Assembly (NCBI GenBank): GCA_001783805.1 | Contig: MFNS01000001.1 | Span: forward strand, 64,649-128,648 | Reading direction: 5' to 3' | DNA length: 64,000 bases | DNA from: Candidatus Levybacteria bacterium RIFCSPHIGHO2_01_FULL_40_16 | Lineage (GTDB): Bacteria; Patescibacteriota; Microgenomatia; Levybacterales; UBA12049 | In this document: positions 9,861-20,356 of the stretch, piece after piece | How the letters are laid out: each line of letters opens with the position of its first letter | Position numbering within the stretch: the first letter of the stretch is position 1 | Notes under the pieces: model-generated | What the model was told of the DNA's origin: nothing | Database searches by the model: none | Seen by the model: only the letters and a program-made list of their open reading frames with translations | Position numbers and translations under genes: made by a program

Positions 9861-10922
9861 GTGAAATCATTCTACAGCGGAAAGAAAATCTTGGTTACCG
9901 GAGGAGCAGGATTCATAGGATCAGCGCTAATAGATGAATTAATTCGCCTTGGAGCAGAAACTACGATTGGAGATAACCTGTCTACGGGGAGTTTAAAAAA
10001 CGTCTTTCGAGTATGGAATAAGCATGGGTTTTTCTGCAAAAAAAACTCAAAAGGATACACGACAAATAATAAACATAAGCTTGTTCTCGTAGATTTTCAA
10101 GATTTTGAGAAAACGCGAGATCTTTTGAAAGGATATGAAATTGTGCTCCATCTGGCTGCCAATATTGGAGGAAGAGGATATATTGATACTCATCCGGGGG
10201 ATTGTTGTGAGGGATTCTCCGTTAATCAAAACGTAATAAAAGCTGCTCACTTGGCAAACGTTGATAGGATTCTTTTCGCATCGTCAGCCTGTGTATATCC
10301 CAACGACCTGCAAAAAAATTACGGTTCGGAATATCTCTTAAAAGAAGAGGACGCGATTAAAAATAACTGGGGCAATGCGGACAAAGAATATGGCTGGGCA
10401 AAACTAATGGGTGAAATTACTCTCCAGGGATACAATAAGCAATATGGGCTAAAAGGAGTTAGCACCCGATATGTTACGGCGTACGGCCCATGGGAAAATG
10501 ACACGCATGCAATTATTGCTTTAATTCGTAGGGCAGTGGAAAAGAACGATCCGTATGTTATCTGGGGAAGCGGAAAACAAGACAGGGATTTCACTTACGT
10601 TGACGACATCGTTTCAGGAACACTTGCGGCGTGCGAGAAAATTACTGATGCATCCAGCATAAATTTGGGAACAAGTGTACGTTATACGATGAGAGAATCC
10701 GTAGATATTATTTTCGATATTCTAAATTGGAAACCCAAAAAAATTGTTTGCGATAAAACTAAACCTGAAGGAGTTAAGACGAGAGCATTAGATATTAAAA
10801 GGGCAAAAAAAGTATTGAACTGGAAACCCAAATACACCTTGCGTATAGGGCTTGCTAAAACAATTGAATGGTTTTTGAAGGAAAAGCCCAGAACAGTAGA
10901 TCCCCTATTGAGACATGGATAA
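9861..10922 (+). CDS. NAD-dependent NDP-sugar epimerase/dehydratase
   Basis: ILVTGGAGFIGSAL Rossmann motif and SDR-extended fold. GTG start. Confidence 0.55.
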   Translation: MKSFYSGKKILVTGGAGFIGSALIDELIRLGAETTIGDNLSTGSLKNVFRVWNKHGFFCKKNSKGYTTNNKHKLVLVDFQDFEKTRDLLKGYEIVLHLAANIGGRGYIDTHPGDCCEGFSVNQNVIKAAHLANVDRILFASSACVYPNDLQKNYGSEYLLKEEDAIKNNWGNADKEYGWAKLMGEITLQGYNKQYGLKGVSTRYVTAYGPWENDTHAIIALIRRAVEKNDPYVIWGSGKQDRDFTYVDDIVSGTLAACEKITDASSINLGTSVRYTMRESVDIIFDILNWKPKKIVCDKTKPEGVKTRALDIKRAKKVLNWKPKYTLRIGLAKTIEWFLKEKPRTVDPLLRHG

Positions 10923-11613
10923 AGTTAGCATCATCTTGCCAATATATAACGAGAAAGCGACAATAGATTCCGTTTTGGCGGAATGGGAAAAGGAATTGAG
11001 AAAAAGCAAGATTGATTATATCTTTGTAGGATGCGAAGACGGATCTACGGATGGAACAAAAGAACTATTAGAAAAGCTTAAAAAAAAATATCGATTAATA
11101 CTTGATCAAAAAACTTTTCGTAGAGGATATGGGGTTGCAGTAATAGATGGAATTAATACGTCAAAAACTAATTACATTCTCTGCATTGATTCCGACGGGC
11201 AATGTGATCCAGAGGATTTTAAAAAATTTTGGCAACAAAGACAACAGGCAGACGTATTAATTGGCTGGCGGGTAAAAAGGAGAGACCCCATTCACAGAAA
11301 AATATACTCACAGTCTTTTAAAACAGTCTTTAAGTTGCTTTTTCCAACAGATGTTCACGATCCAAGCGCTCCATATGTACTTTTCAAGAAAGAGATCATA
11401 ATGCCTTATCTTCCGTACCTGAAATATTTAAAAGAGGGGTTTTGGTGGGGCTTTGTTGGAATGTGCATGAAAAAGAAGCTTTCTTTAAAAGAAATCATTA
11501 TTCATCATAGAGACAGGAAGGCAGGCAATACTCAAGTTTATAGATTAAGCAAGATACTCAATATTGCGCGACGAAATTTAACAGGCCTTTTCCGTCTTCG
11601 ATTTGCTCAATAG
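10915..11613 (+). CDS. GT2-family glycosyltransferase
   Basis: ILPIYNE...DSDGQCDPED (DxD) GT-A signature. 8-nt overlap with the upstream gene. Confidence 0.55.
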   Translation: MDKVSIILPIYNEKATIDSVLAEWEKELRKSKIDYIFVGCEDGSTDGTKELLEKLKKKYRLILDQKTFRRGYGVAVIDGINTSKTNYILCIDSDGQCDPEDFKKFWQQRQQADVLIGWRVKRRDPIHRKIYSQSFKTVFKLLFPTDVHDPSAPYVLFKKEIIMPYLPYLKYLKEGFWWGFVGMCMKKKLSLKEIIIHHRDRKAGNTQVYRLSKILNIARRNLTGLFRLRFAQ

Positions 11614-11651
11614 ATCTCATTATATTATCCACAGTAATTATACAAATAACC

Positions 11652-11681
11652 TTGTTCTAAATACTAAAGATAGGCTATAAT
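11652..11681 (+). promoter_or_regulatory. sigma70-like promoter TTGTTC-N18-TATAAT upstream of the methyltransferase gene
   Basis: Hexamers at 11652–11657 and 11676–11681. ATG at 11689. Confidence 0.4.
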
Positions 11682-11688
11682 GTGAAGC

Positions 11689-12504
11689 ATGGAACAGGGG
11701 GAAAAAATTATTGCCAATCAGGAGGAATTTTTTAATCAGAATGCCCAGTCTCAAAAAATTCCTACAAGAGAATCGTTATTTACAACCTACGCAAATAAAG
11801 AACAAATAAATGGTTTTTTATGGATAGAGAATCAAAGAAAGATACTGGAATATGGCTGCGGAACAGGAACGTCGTTGGACATTTTTTTTAAAAATAGACA
11901 GAGGAATAAATATAAAATTTGTGGAGTAGATATTGCGCAATTAGCAATAGATAAAGCAAAAGAAAATTATCCACAATTTAATTTTTATAAGATTTCTAAT
12001 AATAAAATTCCGCAAATTAAAAACGATAGTCTTGATGCGGTATTTATGTTTCACGTATTACACCATGCGGATAAGTACCAAGAAATATTTAGAGAAATTC
12101 ACAAAAAAACGAAAAAGGGAGGAAGATTTTTAATTAATGATCTAACTTCAAATAACCCTTTTAATAAATTAGCCAGATTAATTTTTATTTTTATGCCAAA
12201 TTTTGTAAAAAGAAAGTTTGGGGATGACTTGGTGGTGGGGGAGAGTATTCCGAAAAAAAATAAAGTTAGTCCCGAGAAGATAAGGGTTCAGCTGGAAGAA
12301 GTTAGATTCGAGATTCAAGAGATGGGATACGGGCACTTATTCTTTTTTGTTTTTGGTTGGCTTGATAGATTTATTCCTTTTTCCAAAGTTACCTTCGTAC
12401 GTTTTTTTTACAAAAAACTTATAAGCTTAGAGAAGGCTCTTCTAAGATATACGTTTTTTCAGAACGGGGCTGAAGTATTTTATATCAAATGTATAAAAAA
12501 ATAA
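11689..12504 (+). CDS. class I SAM-dependent methyltransferase
   Basis: LEYGCGTGTSL motif I. Preceded by a sigma70-like promoter. Confidence 0.55.
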   Translation: MEQGEKIIANQEEFFNQNAQSQKIPTRESLFTTYANKEQINGFLWIENQRKILEYGCGTGTSLDIFFKNRQRNKYKICGVDIAQLAIDKAKENYPQFNFYKISNNKIPQIKNDSLDAVFMFHVLHHADKYQEIFREIHKKTKKGGRFLINDLTSNNPFNKLARLIFIFMPNFVKRKFGDDLVVGESIPKKNKVSPEKIRVQLEEVRFEIQEMGYGHLFFFVFGWLDRFIPFSKVTFVRFFYKKLISLEKALLRYTFFQNGAEVFYIKCIKK

Positions 12505-13568
12505 AAACACAGAAAATTATATTAACCGTAGGAATTCCGACATATAACCGTCAAAAAAAATTAGAAAAATGTTTGGAATCAGTAATTCATCAGCAAGCAG
12601 ATGGGAATGTAGAGATTCTGATTTCCGATAATGCCTCGCAAGATGCGACACAGGAATACGTTAGGGAAGTCATGGCTTTGCATGAATTAAATATTCGCTA
12701 CATTCGAAATAAAGCAAACGAAGGATTTGATAACAACATTATAAGCATTTATAAAAACGCAAAAGGTAGGTATATTTGGTTTTTGAGTGATGATGATGAA
12801 ATACTCCCTGGGGCATTAGGAAGAGTGCTCGATGCGTTGATAAAGCATAAGCCGGCTGTTTTATATCCCAACGAATTAGGAATAACAGGAGAGTCAATGA
12901 CAAAAAATGATCAATTTGTCGATATCGTTTCTTATCTGCCAACAGGTTTGGGAATAAGGGTAAAAACTGATGAGGAGCTTCTGGTTAATAAAGATGTCGC
13001 TAGGTTAGCGGTTGTAAGGCTTGCATCTTTTATTTCCTGTTGTATTGTAGAAAAACAGAATGGTATCGCTTCCGAAATTCTTAAGCTGAATTATAGCGGT
13101 ACGGGTCTTGTGCAAGACGCAATAATGTCTTTAGTACTTTTGCAAAGGCCTACTGTCTACCTTTTAAAAACGCCCTCCGTTAGGATGGGACTAAGAGCTT
13201 CATTTTCAAAATGGTCGATGGAAAGCACTTTGTTTGGTTTCAGAAAATTATATAGTAACAAAGCGCTTAAATACCCAAATGACTTAGCGAATAAAGTAAG
13301 CTTAAACAATTGCAAGTTCGGACTTCTTATCTTGGCTCAGAAGAAAATTTTAAAGATTCCCGTAGATTTCGTCTTAGACAAAAAACAGTTAATAAGACTC
13401 ATTAAATTTTATAAAACAGATAGTTTTTCTTTAGCACTATTCATACTTGTAGCCTTAATAAGTAAAATTATGCCTGGTTTTTTAATCAAAGCATCCTTTC
13501 AATTGGTATATAGGTTCGCTAAGATAGTCTCCATACGTAGGGAAAACTTTTCGGAATCAATAATTTAA
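12489..13568 (+). CDS. GT2-family glycosyltransferase
   Basis: GIPTYNRQKKLEKCLESV...ILISDNASQDAT. Paralog of the gene at 13578. Confidence 0.55.
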   Translation: MYKKIKTQKIILTVGIPTYNRQKKLEKCLESVIHQQADGNVEILISDNASQDATQEYVREVMALHELNIRYIRNKANEGFDNNIISIYKNAKGRYIWFLSDDDEILPGALGRVLDALIKHKPAVLYPNELGITGESMTKNDQFVDIVSYLPTGLGIRVKTDEELLVNKDVARLAVVRLASFISCCIVEKQNGIASEILKLNYSGTGLVQDAIMSLVLLQRPTVYLLKTPSVRMGLRASFSKWSMESTLFGFRKLYSNKALKYPNDLANKVSLNNCKFGLLILAQKKILKIPVDFVLDKKQLIRLIKFYKTDSFSLALFILVALISKIMPGFLIKASFQLVYRFAKIVSIRRENFSESII

Positions 13569-13577
13569 GCACATAAC

Positions 13578-14624
13578 ATGCAAAATAACATTTTACTTAC
13601 GGTTGCTATCCCAACGTATAATCGTTCAGAAACTCTTGAAAAAATTCTTGTGCAATTACGCAAGGAAAGTAATCAGAATTTTCTTATTTTAATTTCGGAC
13701 GACAATTCTTCCGATAAAACTTCAGAAATGGTAAAAAAATATCAGAAGTCCATGCATAATTTGATCTATCATAAAAACAACGAAAACTTGGGCTTCAGCG
13801 AAAATGTATTTAAGCTTTATGAATTAACAAAGACGCAATATATGTGGTTTCTTTGTGATGATGACATACCATTATCAGGCTCAATTGAAAATATCCTAAA
13901 CGCAATCAATAAGTATAAACCGGTTGTAGCACTTTTTAATTGTACGTGGGTAAATTCATACGGACAGAAATTAACGTCAGGTGTAAAAGAAGACATTTTA
14001 TACAAGGATTTAGACTCCTTTACAAGTTATGATGCTTTGATGAGGCTGGGATATTTATCTGTTAATGTTTTTAAAAAGAAGAAATCCATAGTCTCTTTAA
14101 GAAATGTGCCATACAAAGATAACGTTTTCTTTCAAGTAACCCTAGCGCTTTTATTACTAAGTAAAGAATTTAGATTTCTAGAGGTCGCAAAAAGTATTGT
14201 TAAAAGAAATGTGGGCTTTAAATATGGTGATTTTTTTAAATTTAATGTAATAGACATGATAAAAGCAGTTTCCATTATTCCCCATAAATTTGACAATAAT
14301 GAGTTTATTCGCCAGTCTAAGAAGAATGCTTTCTTAGCATTGCAACTTTACCTTTCACAAAAATTAGGATTATTTCAATTTGACCTTAAGCCAACCAGAG
14401 ATACGAAACAAAAAATATTCAAGTACTACGGTTTATTGTATGGTTATTTCTTTCTATCCTTCCCGTTCATTAAGCGCGTTGTCCCTACTTTTATTCTCAA
14501 GCAAATTTATTTAATTAAATTACTTCAAGTACATGGGTTTAAAAAAGGAAAAAAAGTCTACAAAAGAAATATTAATCGTGCATATAAGGATACGAGAAAA
14601 ACAAAATTTACAGCGTATCAGTAA
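13578..14624 (+). CDS. GT2-family glycosyltransferase (tandem paralog)
   Basis: AIPTYNRSETLEKIL...ILISDDNSSDKT. Tandem paralog of the gene at 12489. Confidence 0.55.
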   Translation: MQNNILLTVAIPTYNRSETLEKILVQLRKESNQNFLILISDDNSSDKTSEMVKKYQKSMHNLIYHKNNENLGFSENVFKLYELTKTQYMWFLCDDDIPLSGSIENILNAINKYKPVVALFNCTWVNSYGQKLTSGVKEDILYKDLDSFTSYDALMRLGYLSVNVFKKKKSIVSLRNVPYKDNVFFQVTLALLLLSKEFRFLEVAKSIVKRNVGFKYGDFFKFNVIDMIKAVSIIPHKFDNNEFIRQSKKNAFLALQLYLSQKLGLFQFDLKPTRDTKQKIFKYYGLLYGYFFLSFPFIKRVVPTFILKQIYLIKLLQVHGFKKGKKVYKRNINRAYKDTRKTKFTAYQ

Positions 14625-14626
14625 AT

Positions 14627-16858
14627 ATGAAGAATTTATTTTCCAGATATACCTTAAAGCTTCATTTTTTTCTGTCATTGCTTATAACAGCCTTATTGTC
14701 GGTAATTATTTTTCGAGGAATTGGTAATAATCAATTTCTTTTTATTCACGATGAGTTTCTCATATTTTCTCGTCAGGAGGCAAACTCACTTCTTTTTCTA
14801 AAATCACTAAATAATCTTGGTATTTCCAATGTTACAACTGTGCTTGTTACTTTTTATGATCAGCTATATTATCTAATAACTTACAGTTTAGGATTAAGTT
14901 TGCATTCGGTTCAGCTAATTCTTTATATCTTCAAGATTTTTACATTAGTTTTTGTTCCATTTGTTGGTTTTAAAAGATTATCATCTTTATACTTAAAAGA
15001 AAATCAAAATTTTGTCACACTTGCAATCTCACTTTGGTATACCTTCAATCCTTTCACCCTGCTTAATTGGAATGGGGGATTTTCTTTAACCACCTTTATT
15101 CTTTATGCTTTTGCGCCTTTGTGTCTATTTTTTTATCATAAGGCGATTATAAGGAGAAGTGGTCTTCGCTATAAATTGCTGGCAGCTATTTTTTTGTTTT
15201 TACTTTCTTTCCTGATATATCTTTTTGCGGTTTTTATTATGGCAATAGCTATCTATACGGTTTTCCATATGTTTTCAAAAAGAAATATAAAATTAATAAT
15301 TAAAAATGTTATTCAGACAGGCTTACTGTGCTTGCCGCTTTTTTCTATCCTTATTGTTCTCTCTTTAGATTTTACAAGAAGTTCAATAGTGTCGCCTGCA
15401 TCCCTGGCTGGTGAGACAGCCGGTAATATAGCGGGTGGATTTTTTTATCCAATTCTCCTTTGGTTTTCCTGGGGGATTTATACTGTTTGGGAACCAAGAA
15501 ATATACAAACATTTTACGAATACTTTTCCAGCATACCATATATAATTTCAGTTTTAACTCTTTATGTATTGATACTAAGAGGGATTTATAGAAAAAAAGA
15601 TTTTTATTCTTTGGTATTTTTTTCAATTTTTCTTGTTTTCCTTTTCTTCGTTAAGGGGCCCCAGCCTCCTTTTGGGGAGATATATAACTTTTTCATAAAA
15701 AACGTACCGCTATTTATTCTCTTTCGGTCACCGGATAATAAATTTGGCTTCGGGATAATATTTATACTTGCCTTATTACTTTTGCAGATTTCAACGCAGT
15801 ATAAAGAGAAATTGTTTGTTGGTTTATTGTTATTAATAATGCTTATTCAATCTTTTCCGTTATTTACGGGAGTTGCGGTTTGGGGTGAAAATACAAAGCA
15901 ATCTTGGGACAGAATTATTACTATCCCAAAACAAGATGAAGATTTGACGTCATTTATTAATACGCATAATGTTCCTTTTGGATACGTTATGCCACTTCCT
16001 GCGTCTTCGTACGCCCAGTACTGGTTAGGAAAAAATAAACTATTTATCGGTCAAGACTTATTGCCTAAACTAAGCAATTTGCCATTCATATATTTGGAAA
16101 AAAATGGCATACTGCCATTATCGGTGTATACTTCAATTACGCGCAGATTAGAAAATAATAAAAACGGGCAAAACATTACACCAATTAAATATTTTCTTTT
16201 AAGAAATGATATCAGAAAAACTCCCCCGACTAATAATATGCAAAAAAACATTGTGTCTCGTGAAGCTCTTGTTTTTAAAACTGACTCTTTCGAGCTTTAC
16301 AAAAATGATAATGCTGTTCCCTTATTGTACGCAGATAGCGGCTTAGCTTATGAAATGGTTAATCCCGTAAGATACAACATTCATTTTGCTAACCTGAAAG
16401 AACCGGTCAATCTGTATTTTAATCAAAATTTTGATAAAGATTGGAAAATATTTCTTGCGCCAATTGAAGAAAATGCTTGTAAGCAAGCGGTTTACATAGC
16501 TAAATTTAATGTTAGAGAATGTCAAAGTCATTTTTCAAGATTCTTCTTTCAAGATGTTAAGTATGCTTTCATAAATTCGCTATTCGATTCTTCGCACACA
16601 TTGCTTAATGGTTATGCGAACGTTTGGAAAATATCTCCCAAGGTATTGCTGAATTCAGCTGCCTCGCAAAACATTACTATTAATAAAGATAATTCCATTA
16701 ATTTCACTTTAACAATATTCTATCAGCCTCAAAGCTATTTTAATCTTGGTATAATAGCAACAACCATTACCCTTTCTTTATATATATTCGTAATTCTCAT
16801 ACCGAATAAGAATGAAAAAAGAAATTCTAAAAACCATCAAAAGTTAAAGCACGAATGA
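14627..16858 (+). CDS. polytopic membrane GT-C-like protein (paralog of 5039..7333)
   Basis: 743 aa. HDEF acidic motif in loop 1 and a shared VKGPQPPFGE...FRSPDNKFGFG block with the 5039 gene. The C-terminal domain ends ...IFYQPQSYF + TM, mirroring the 5039 C-terminus (IYYQPQSWF). Confidence 0.45.
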   Translation: MKNLFSRYTLKLHFFLSLLITALLSVIIFRGIGNNQFLFIHDEFLIFSRQEANSLLFLKSLNNLGISNVTTVLVTFYDQLYYLITYSLGLSLHSVQLILYIFKIFTLVFVPFVGFKRLSSLYLKENQNFVTLAISLWYTFNPFTLLNWNGGFSLTTFILYAFAPLCLFFYHKAIIRRSGLRYKLLAAIFLFLLSFLIYLFAVFIMAIAIYTVFHMFSKRNIKLIIKNVIQTGLLCLPLFSILIVLSLDFTRSSIVSPASLAGETAGNIAGGFFYPILLWFSWGIYTVWEPRNIQTFYEYFSSIPYIISVLTLYVLILRGIYRKKDFYSLVFFSIFLVFLFFVKGPQPPFGEIYNFFIKNVPLFILFRSPDNKFGFGIIFILALLLLQISTQYKEKLFVGLLLLIMLIQSFPLFTGVAVWGENTKQSWDRIITIPKQDEDLTSFINTHNVPFGYVMPLPASSYAQYWLGKNKLFIGQDLLPKLSNLPFIYLEKNGILPLSVYTSITRRLENNKNGQNITPIKYFLLRNDIRKTPPTNNMQKNIVSREALVFKTDSFELYKNDNAVPLLYADSGLAYEMVNPVRYNIHFANLKEPVNLYFNQNFDKDWKIFLAPIEENACKQAVYIAKFNVRECQSHFSRFFFQDVKYAFINSLFDSSHTLLNGYANVWKISPKVLLNSAASQNITINKDNSINFTLTIFYQPQSYFNLGIIATTITLSLYIFVILIPNKNEKRNSKNHQKLKHE

Positions 16859-19119
16859 GAAAGTCGAATATTGTCAAAATAATAATTTTTGTCAGCTTAC
16901 TGTTATTGGTAAACTTTTTTTTGCTTAGGCCGGGTTTTTGGTTTTATCAGGATGCGGGATTTTGGCCAAAAACCAATCATGAGGCAATGGCATTATTTTT
17001 GCAGCAGTTTCATATATTCACAAATCTTGGATATTACATGGGTTCTGACCAGGGGCTTCTTAGCTTTACAAGGATTCTTCCTGTTGGATTTACTACTTTT
17101 GTTTTTTATATTCTCAAACAAAATAATTCGCAGATAGTGTTTACTTTTACAGGTTATATCCTTTCATTTGCCTCATTTTATTTGTTTAGCGGAATCTTTT
17201 TTAAAGAAAAAAGATTGAGATATATTATGTCCCTGGTTTATGTCTTTAACCCATTATCTTATACGTTGCAGGGGTACGTTTTTTACAACGCTACAGTGCC
17301 GCTCTTTATTTATTCGTTTTATAAATATTTTTTCAATAAAGAAGGGTTTAGGGCTAAATATCTATTGCTCAATATTTTTGCATCATTTATTTGGGTATCT
17401 TATATAAGATTTGTTCAGGGATATTCCTTCATAATTTTTCCCTATCTTATATACTTAACTCTTCGGAATAGAAGGGAAATTCGCCTTAACAAAATTGTTA
17501 TATTCCTTTTTTCATACTTATTGATATTTGCTCCGGTAATTTTTGCATTCATTAGCCAATTATTGGAAAGATCAGATACGGCATTTAATTATGGAAATCT
17601 ATTTGGCAATTATATTATTAAGAATAAAATGTATGACGCATTTAATATATTTCAATCTGTTGGGGCAAAATTATATGAAGGTAAATGGTGGTCGACATTA
17701 GGCTTAATTGTTTTCGCTTATATGATTTATCTTATTACGACGTTTTCAAAGAAAAAACATTCTGTTCTTTACTTGTTAAATCTATCACTTATTCTTATCG
17801 GAATTACGATGTATGGATTGGGAAATATATTCGGAGACACAATCTATCTGCAGGTTATTCATTTTCTACCGTTTATTATTAACGGACCATATTGGGCAAT
17901 GTACATATTGGGTGTCCCCTACGTTATTTTGATAGGGTTATTAACAAAAGATAGAATTAAACATTTATATATATTTACTTTTTTCCTTATTGTCCTAGCG
18001 ACATTTCCTTTGCTAAATTTGTTTGATTTCCAATTGCAAAAATATAATATTGATTCTGTGCCAACAGCGTATAAAACATACTTTATTACATCTTACACGA
18101 GTATTCCTGAAGCTTCGTATTATTTTTTGAGAGATTGTTGGCGAGCAGAATTTATGAACGAAGCAAATGTTCCTACATTTTGTATCAACTATGGACATCA
18201 TTATCCGCCTATTATATTTGATAATCCTCGCGTTGTGTCGGGGAATACCAATGATATTTCACAATTCTTATATGCGACTACTCATATTAATAATTTGCGA
18301 ATTACACATAATCTTAAAAATATTTTTGTACCAAACGATATGGTTAAGACAAAAGGTCCAGGTCCAATCACAGAAACAAAAGAAATTGAGATGGCGAAAA
18401 ATGCAAATCTAGAATTTGAGGAGAATAAGCTATTATCGGCTGATAATAACCAAAATTTCAGCAATTACGTCTTTGTTGATAAGGATAAATACGATTTCTT
18501 AATTTACTCACCTAAGACAATTATTTTTAGTCAAGATTTTAATATTCTTACTGGCGATACGTTAGATATGAATACTAGACCGGTTATTCTTCCCAAGAAT
18601 TCCCTACAGATTCCTGATGCAATTTCTAATAATGTAAAAATTGAGTATAAAATTTCACCTCTGGAACCATATAAATATTATCTTCATGTTACGAATATTG
18701 ACAACGTTAATTCTTTCTTAATTCAGTTTAATCAAAAATACAGCCCCATTTGGCAAATGAAACTGATTTCTAAGGCTTATTATGATGAAAAATCTTGTAT
18801 TTCCGACTGGAAAACTTTTACGATTACTAATAATAGTTATTGTCAGTACCAAAACAGTTTCCTTGATCTGGGTAATGTAGCTTTATTGAAAAAACGAAAT
18901 GTATCGGAACTGAAACATTTTCAAGGCAATTTTTTTAGTAACACTTGGGTAGTTTCCCCTCAAGACTCTCAAGGGGAAAATGAGCTCTACTTGGTGATTA
19001 TATACGCAAAGCAAATTTATTATATATATACTATACTTATTGCCGGGATTACATTGATGGGGCTATTTATGATATTTATTATTCAGGAGGTTCAAAAAAA
19101 GATAAGGCGACATATCTAA
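16855..19119 (+). CDS. polytopic membrane GT-C-like protein
   Basis: 754 aa, multi-TM, YQDAG in loop 1, C-terminal soluble domain plus a terminal TM. ATGA overlap with the upstream gene. Confidence 0.4.
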   Translation: MRKSNIVKIIIFVSLLLLVNFFLLRPGFWFYQDAGFWPKTNHEAMALFLQQFHIFTNLGYYMGSDQGLLSFTRILPVGFTTFVFYILKQNNSQIVFTFTGYILSFASFYLFSGIFFKEKRLRYIMSLVYVFNPLSYTLQGYVFYNATVPLFIYSFYKYFFNKEGFRAKYLLLNIFASFIWVSYIRFVQGYSFIIFPYLIYLTLRNRREIRLNKIVIFLFSYLLIFAPVIFAFISQLLERSDTAFNYGNLFGNYIIKNKMYDAFNIFQSVGAKLYEGKWWSTLGLIVFAYMIYLITTFSKKKHSVLYLLNLSLILIGITMYGLGNIFGDTIYLQVIHFLPFIINGPYWAMYILGVPYVILIGLLTKDRIKHLYIFTFFLIVLATFPLLNLFDFQLQKYNIDSVPTAYKTYFITSYTSIPEASYYFLRDCWRAEFMNEANVPTFCINYGHHYPPIIFDNPRVVSGNTNDISQFLYATTHINNLRITHNLKNIFVPNDMVKTKGPGPITETKEIEMAKNANLEFEENKLLSADNNQNFSNYVFVDKDKYDFLIYSPKTIIFSQDFNILTGDTLDMNTRPVILPKNSLQIPDAISNNVKIEYKISPLEPYKYYLHVTNIDNVNSFLIQFNQKYSPIWQMKLISKAYYDEKSCISDWKTFTITNNSYCQYQNSFLDLGNVALLKKRNVSELKHFQGNFFSNTWVVSPQDSQGENELYLVIIYAKQIYYIYTILIAGITLMGLFMIFIIQEVQKKIRRHI

Positions 19120-19141
19120 TATTACGATGAGTATCTAAAAT

Positions 19142-20236
19142 ATGAAAATTTCTTTTAATCGGTTCGTAGCATTTGGAATAACCCCTTTCTTATTGATGTT
19201 TCTTTGGCTTATTCTTTCGTTATTTTTTGCATCGAAATACAGCCTATCCGTTATTAGCGTAGCTTATAATAAAACAAGCTTAGTTTCTTTAAAAACAGAC
19301 GAATTGCTCGCAAAACAAAAAGTATCCGCTCGATTTCGGGCAATAGCAAATAATTTAGGCATAGTCTCTGTTCGATTCAAAACTTATGGTAGAATTAATA
19401 ATGACGAAGTTGTCTTTAGGCTAAGAGAAGAAGGTAAAAAGAATTGGTACTACGACCACACATATAGAGTTGATCAATTCCAGGACGATGATTATTTTAC
19501 TTTCGGATTACCCATTATTTCAAATTCAGAAGGCAAAACATACTATTTTGAAATAGAGTCAACCAAGGGAAAAAGGGGTGACGCCGTTTCAATCAGCGCA
19601 ACATCTCCTGTTTTTATTACACAATATCAATTTACTAAACAGAAGCTTCTGGCGAACAAGACAATAATTCCAGATTTCTTAATAAAGAAAATACACTATT
19701 CATTTAGCGATATAAATTTCACTATATCAGCTTTTATATATGCTCTTCCTTTTCTTTTTTATATGCTTTGGTTTTTTTATTTTAAAAAATATTTACCACC
19801 TATTCAAATAAAAAACTTAATAGTTAAATATAAAATGTACGTATCTCCCGATAATTACATTTTGCTTTATGTCTACATTTTTGTCTTTATATTAAGTATA
19901 TTTTTCAAAAACAAAATACTTTTGTCGGAGGAGATAATACTTATTTTCCTTTGGCTCGGATTAATTAGGATATATATACTTCATAGTAGCGTTACCTTCT
20001 TTTTAGCTCTAGCATCCTTATCTATCTCTCCTATTTTTCTCATTCTTAATTCGGAAATCATTGCGGAGAATGCTGCTATGTGGGCATATCTATTTTTGTT
20101 AATCGGGACGATTCAAGCTATTTATGGACTTTATAAAAAGGCACAGCCCTTACGAGCTATACAACTATTATTGCGAGAGCTTTCAGATAACAGATATTTT
20201 AAAAAAATTAAGAAAGTTTGGGATAGACTTCCTTAA
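19142..20236 (+). CDS. membrane protein with extracytoplasmic domain and C-terminal 4-TM bundle (possibly GtrA-like)
   Basis: 364 aa with an N-terminal TM, a soluble domain (LGIVSVRF...YYFEIES) and then about 4 TM helices. Clear paralog of the gene at 21952. Confidence 0.35.
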   Translation: MKISFNRFVAFGITPFLLMFLWLILSLFFASKYSLSVISVAYNKTSLVSLKTDELLAKQKVSARFRAIANNLGIVSVRFKTYGRINNDEVVFRLREEGKKNWYYDHTYRVDQFQDDDYFTFGLPIISNSEGKTYYFEIESTKGKRGDAVSISATSPVFITQYQFTKQKLLANKTIIPDFLIKKIHYSFSDINFTISAFIYALPFLFYMLWFFYFKKYLPPIQIKNLIVKYKMYVSPDNYILLYVYIFVFILSIFFKNKILLSEEIILIFLWLGLIRIYILHSSVTFFLALASLSISPIFLILNSEIIAENAAMWAYLFLLIGTIQAIYGLYKKAQPLRAIQLLLRELSDNRYFKKIKKVWDRLP

Positions 20237-20356
20237 GGAGTAACGGAGTGCCATCTTAAATCCCCAATAATAAAGTTGAAAGTAGCGTACAGCATGACGT
20301 ATCCTTGATTTTGTATTTGTATTAATGGACAATGGAATTAGATTTTTGGACAATAC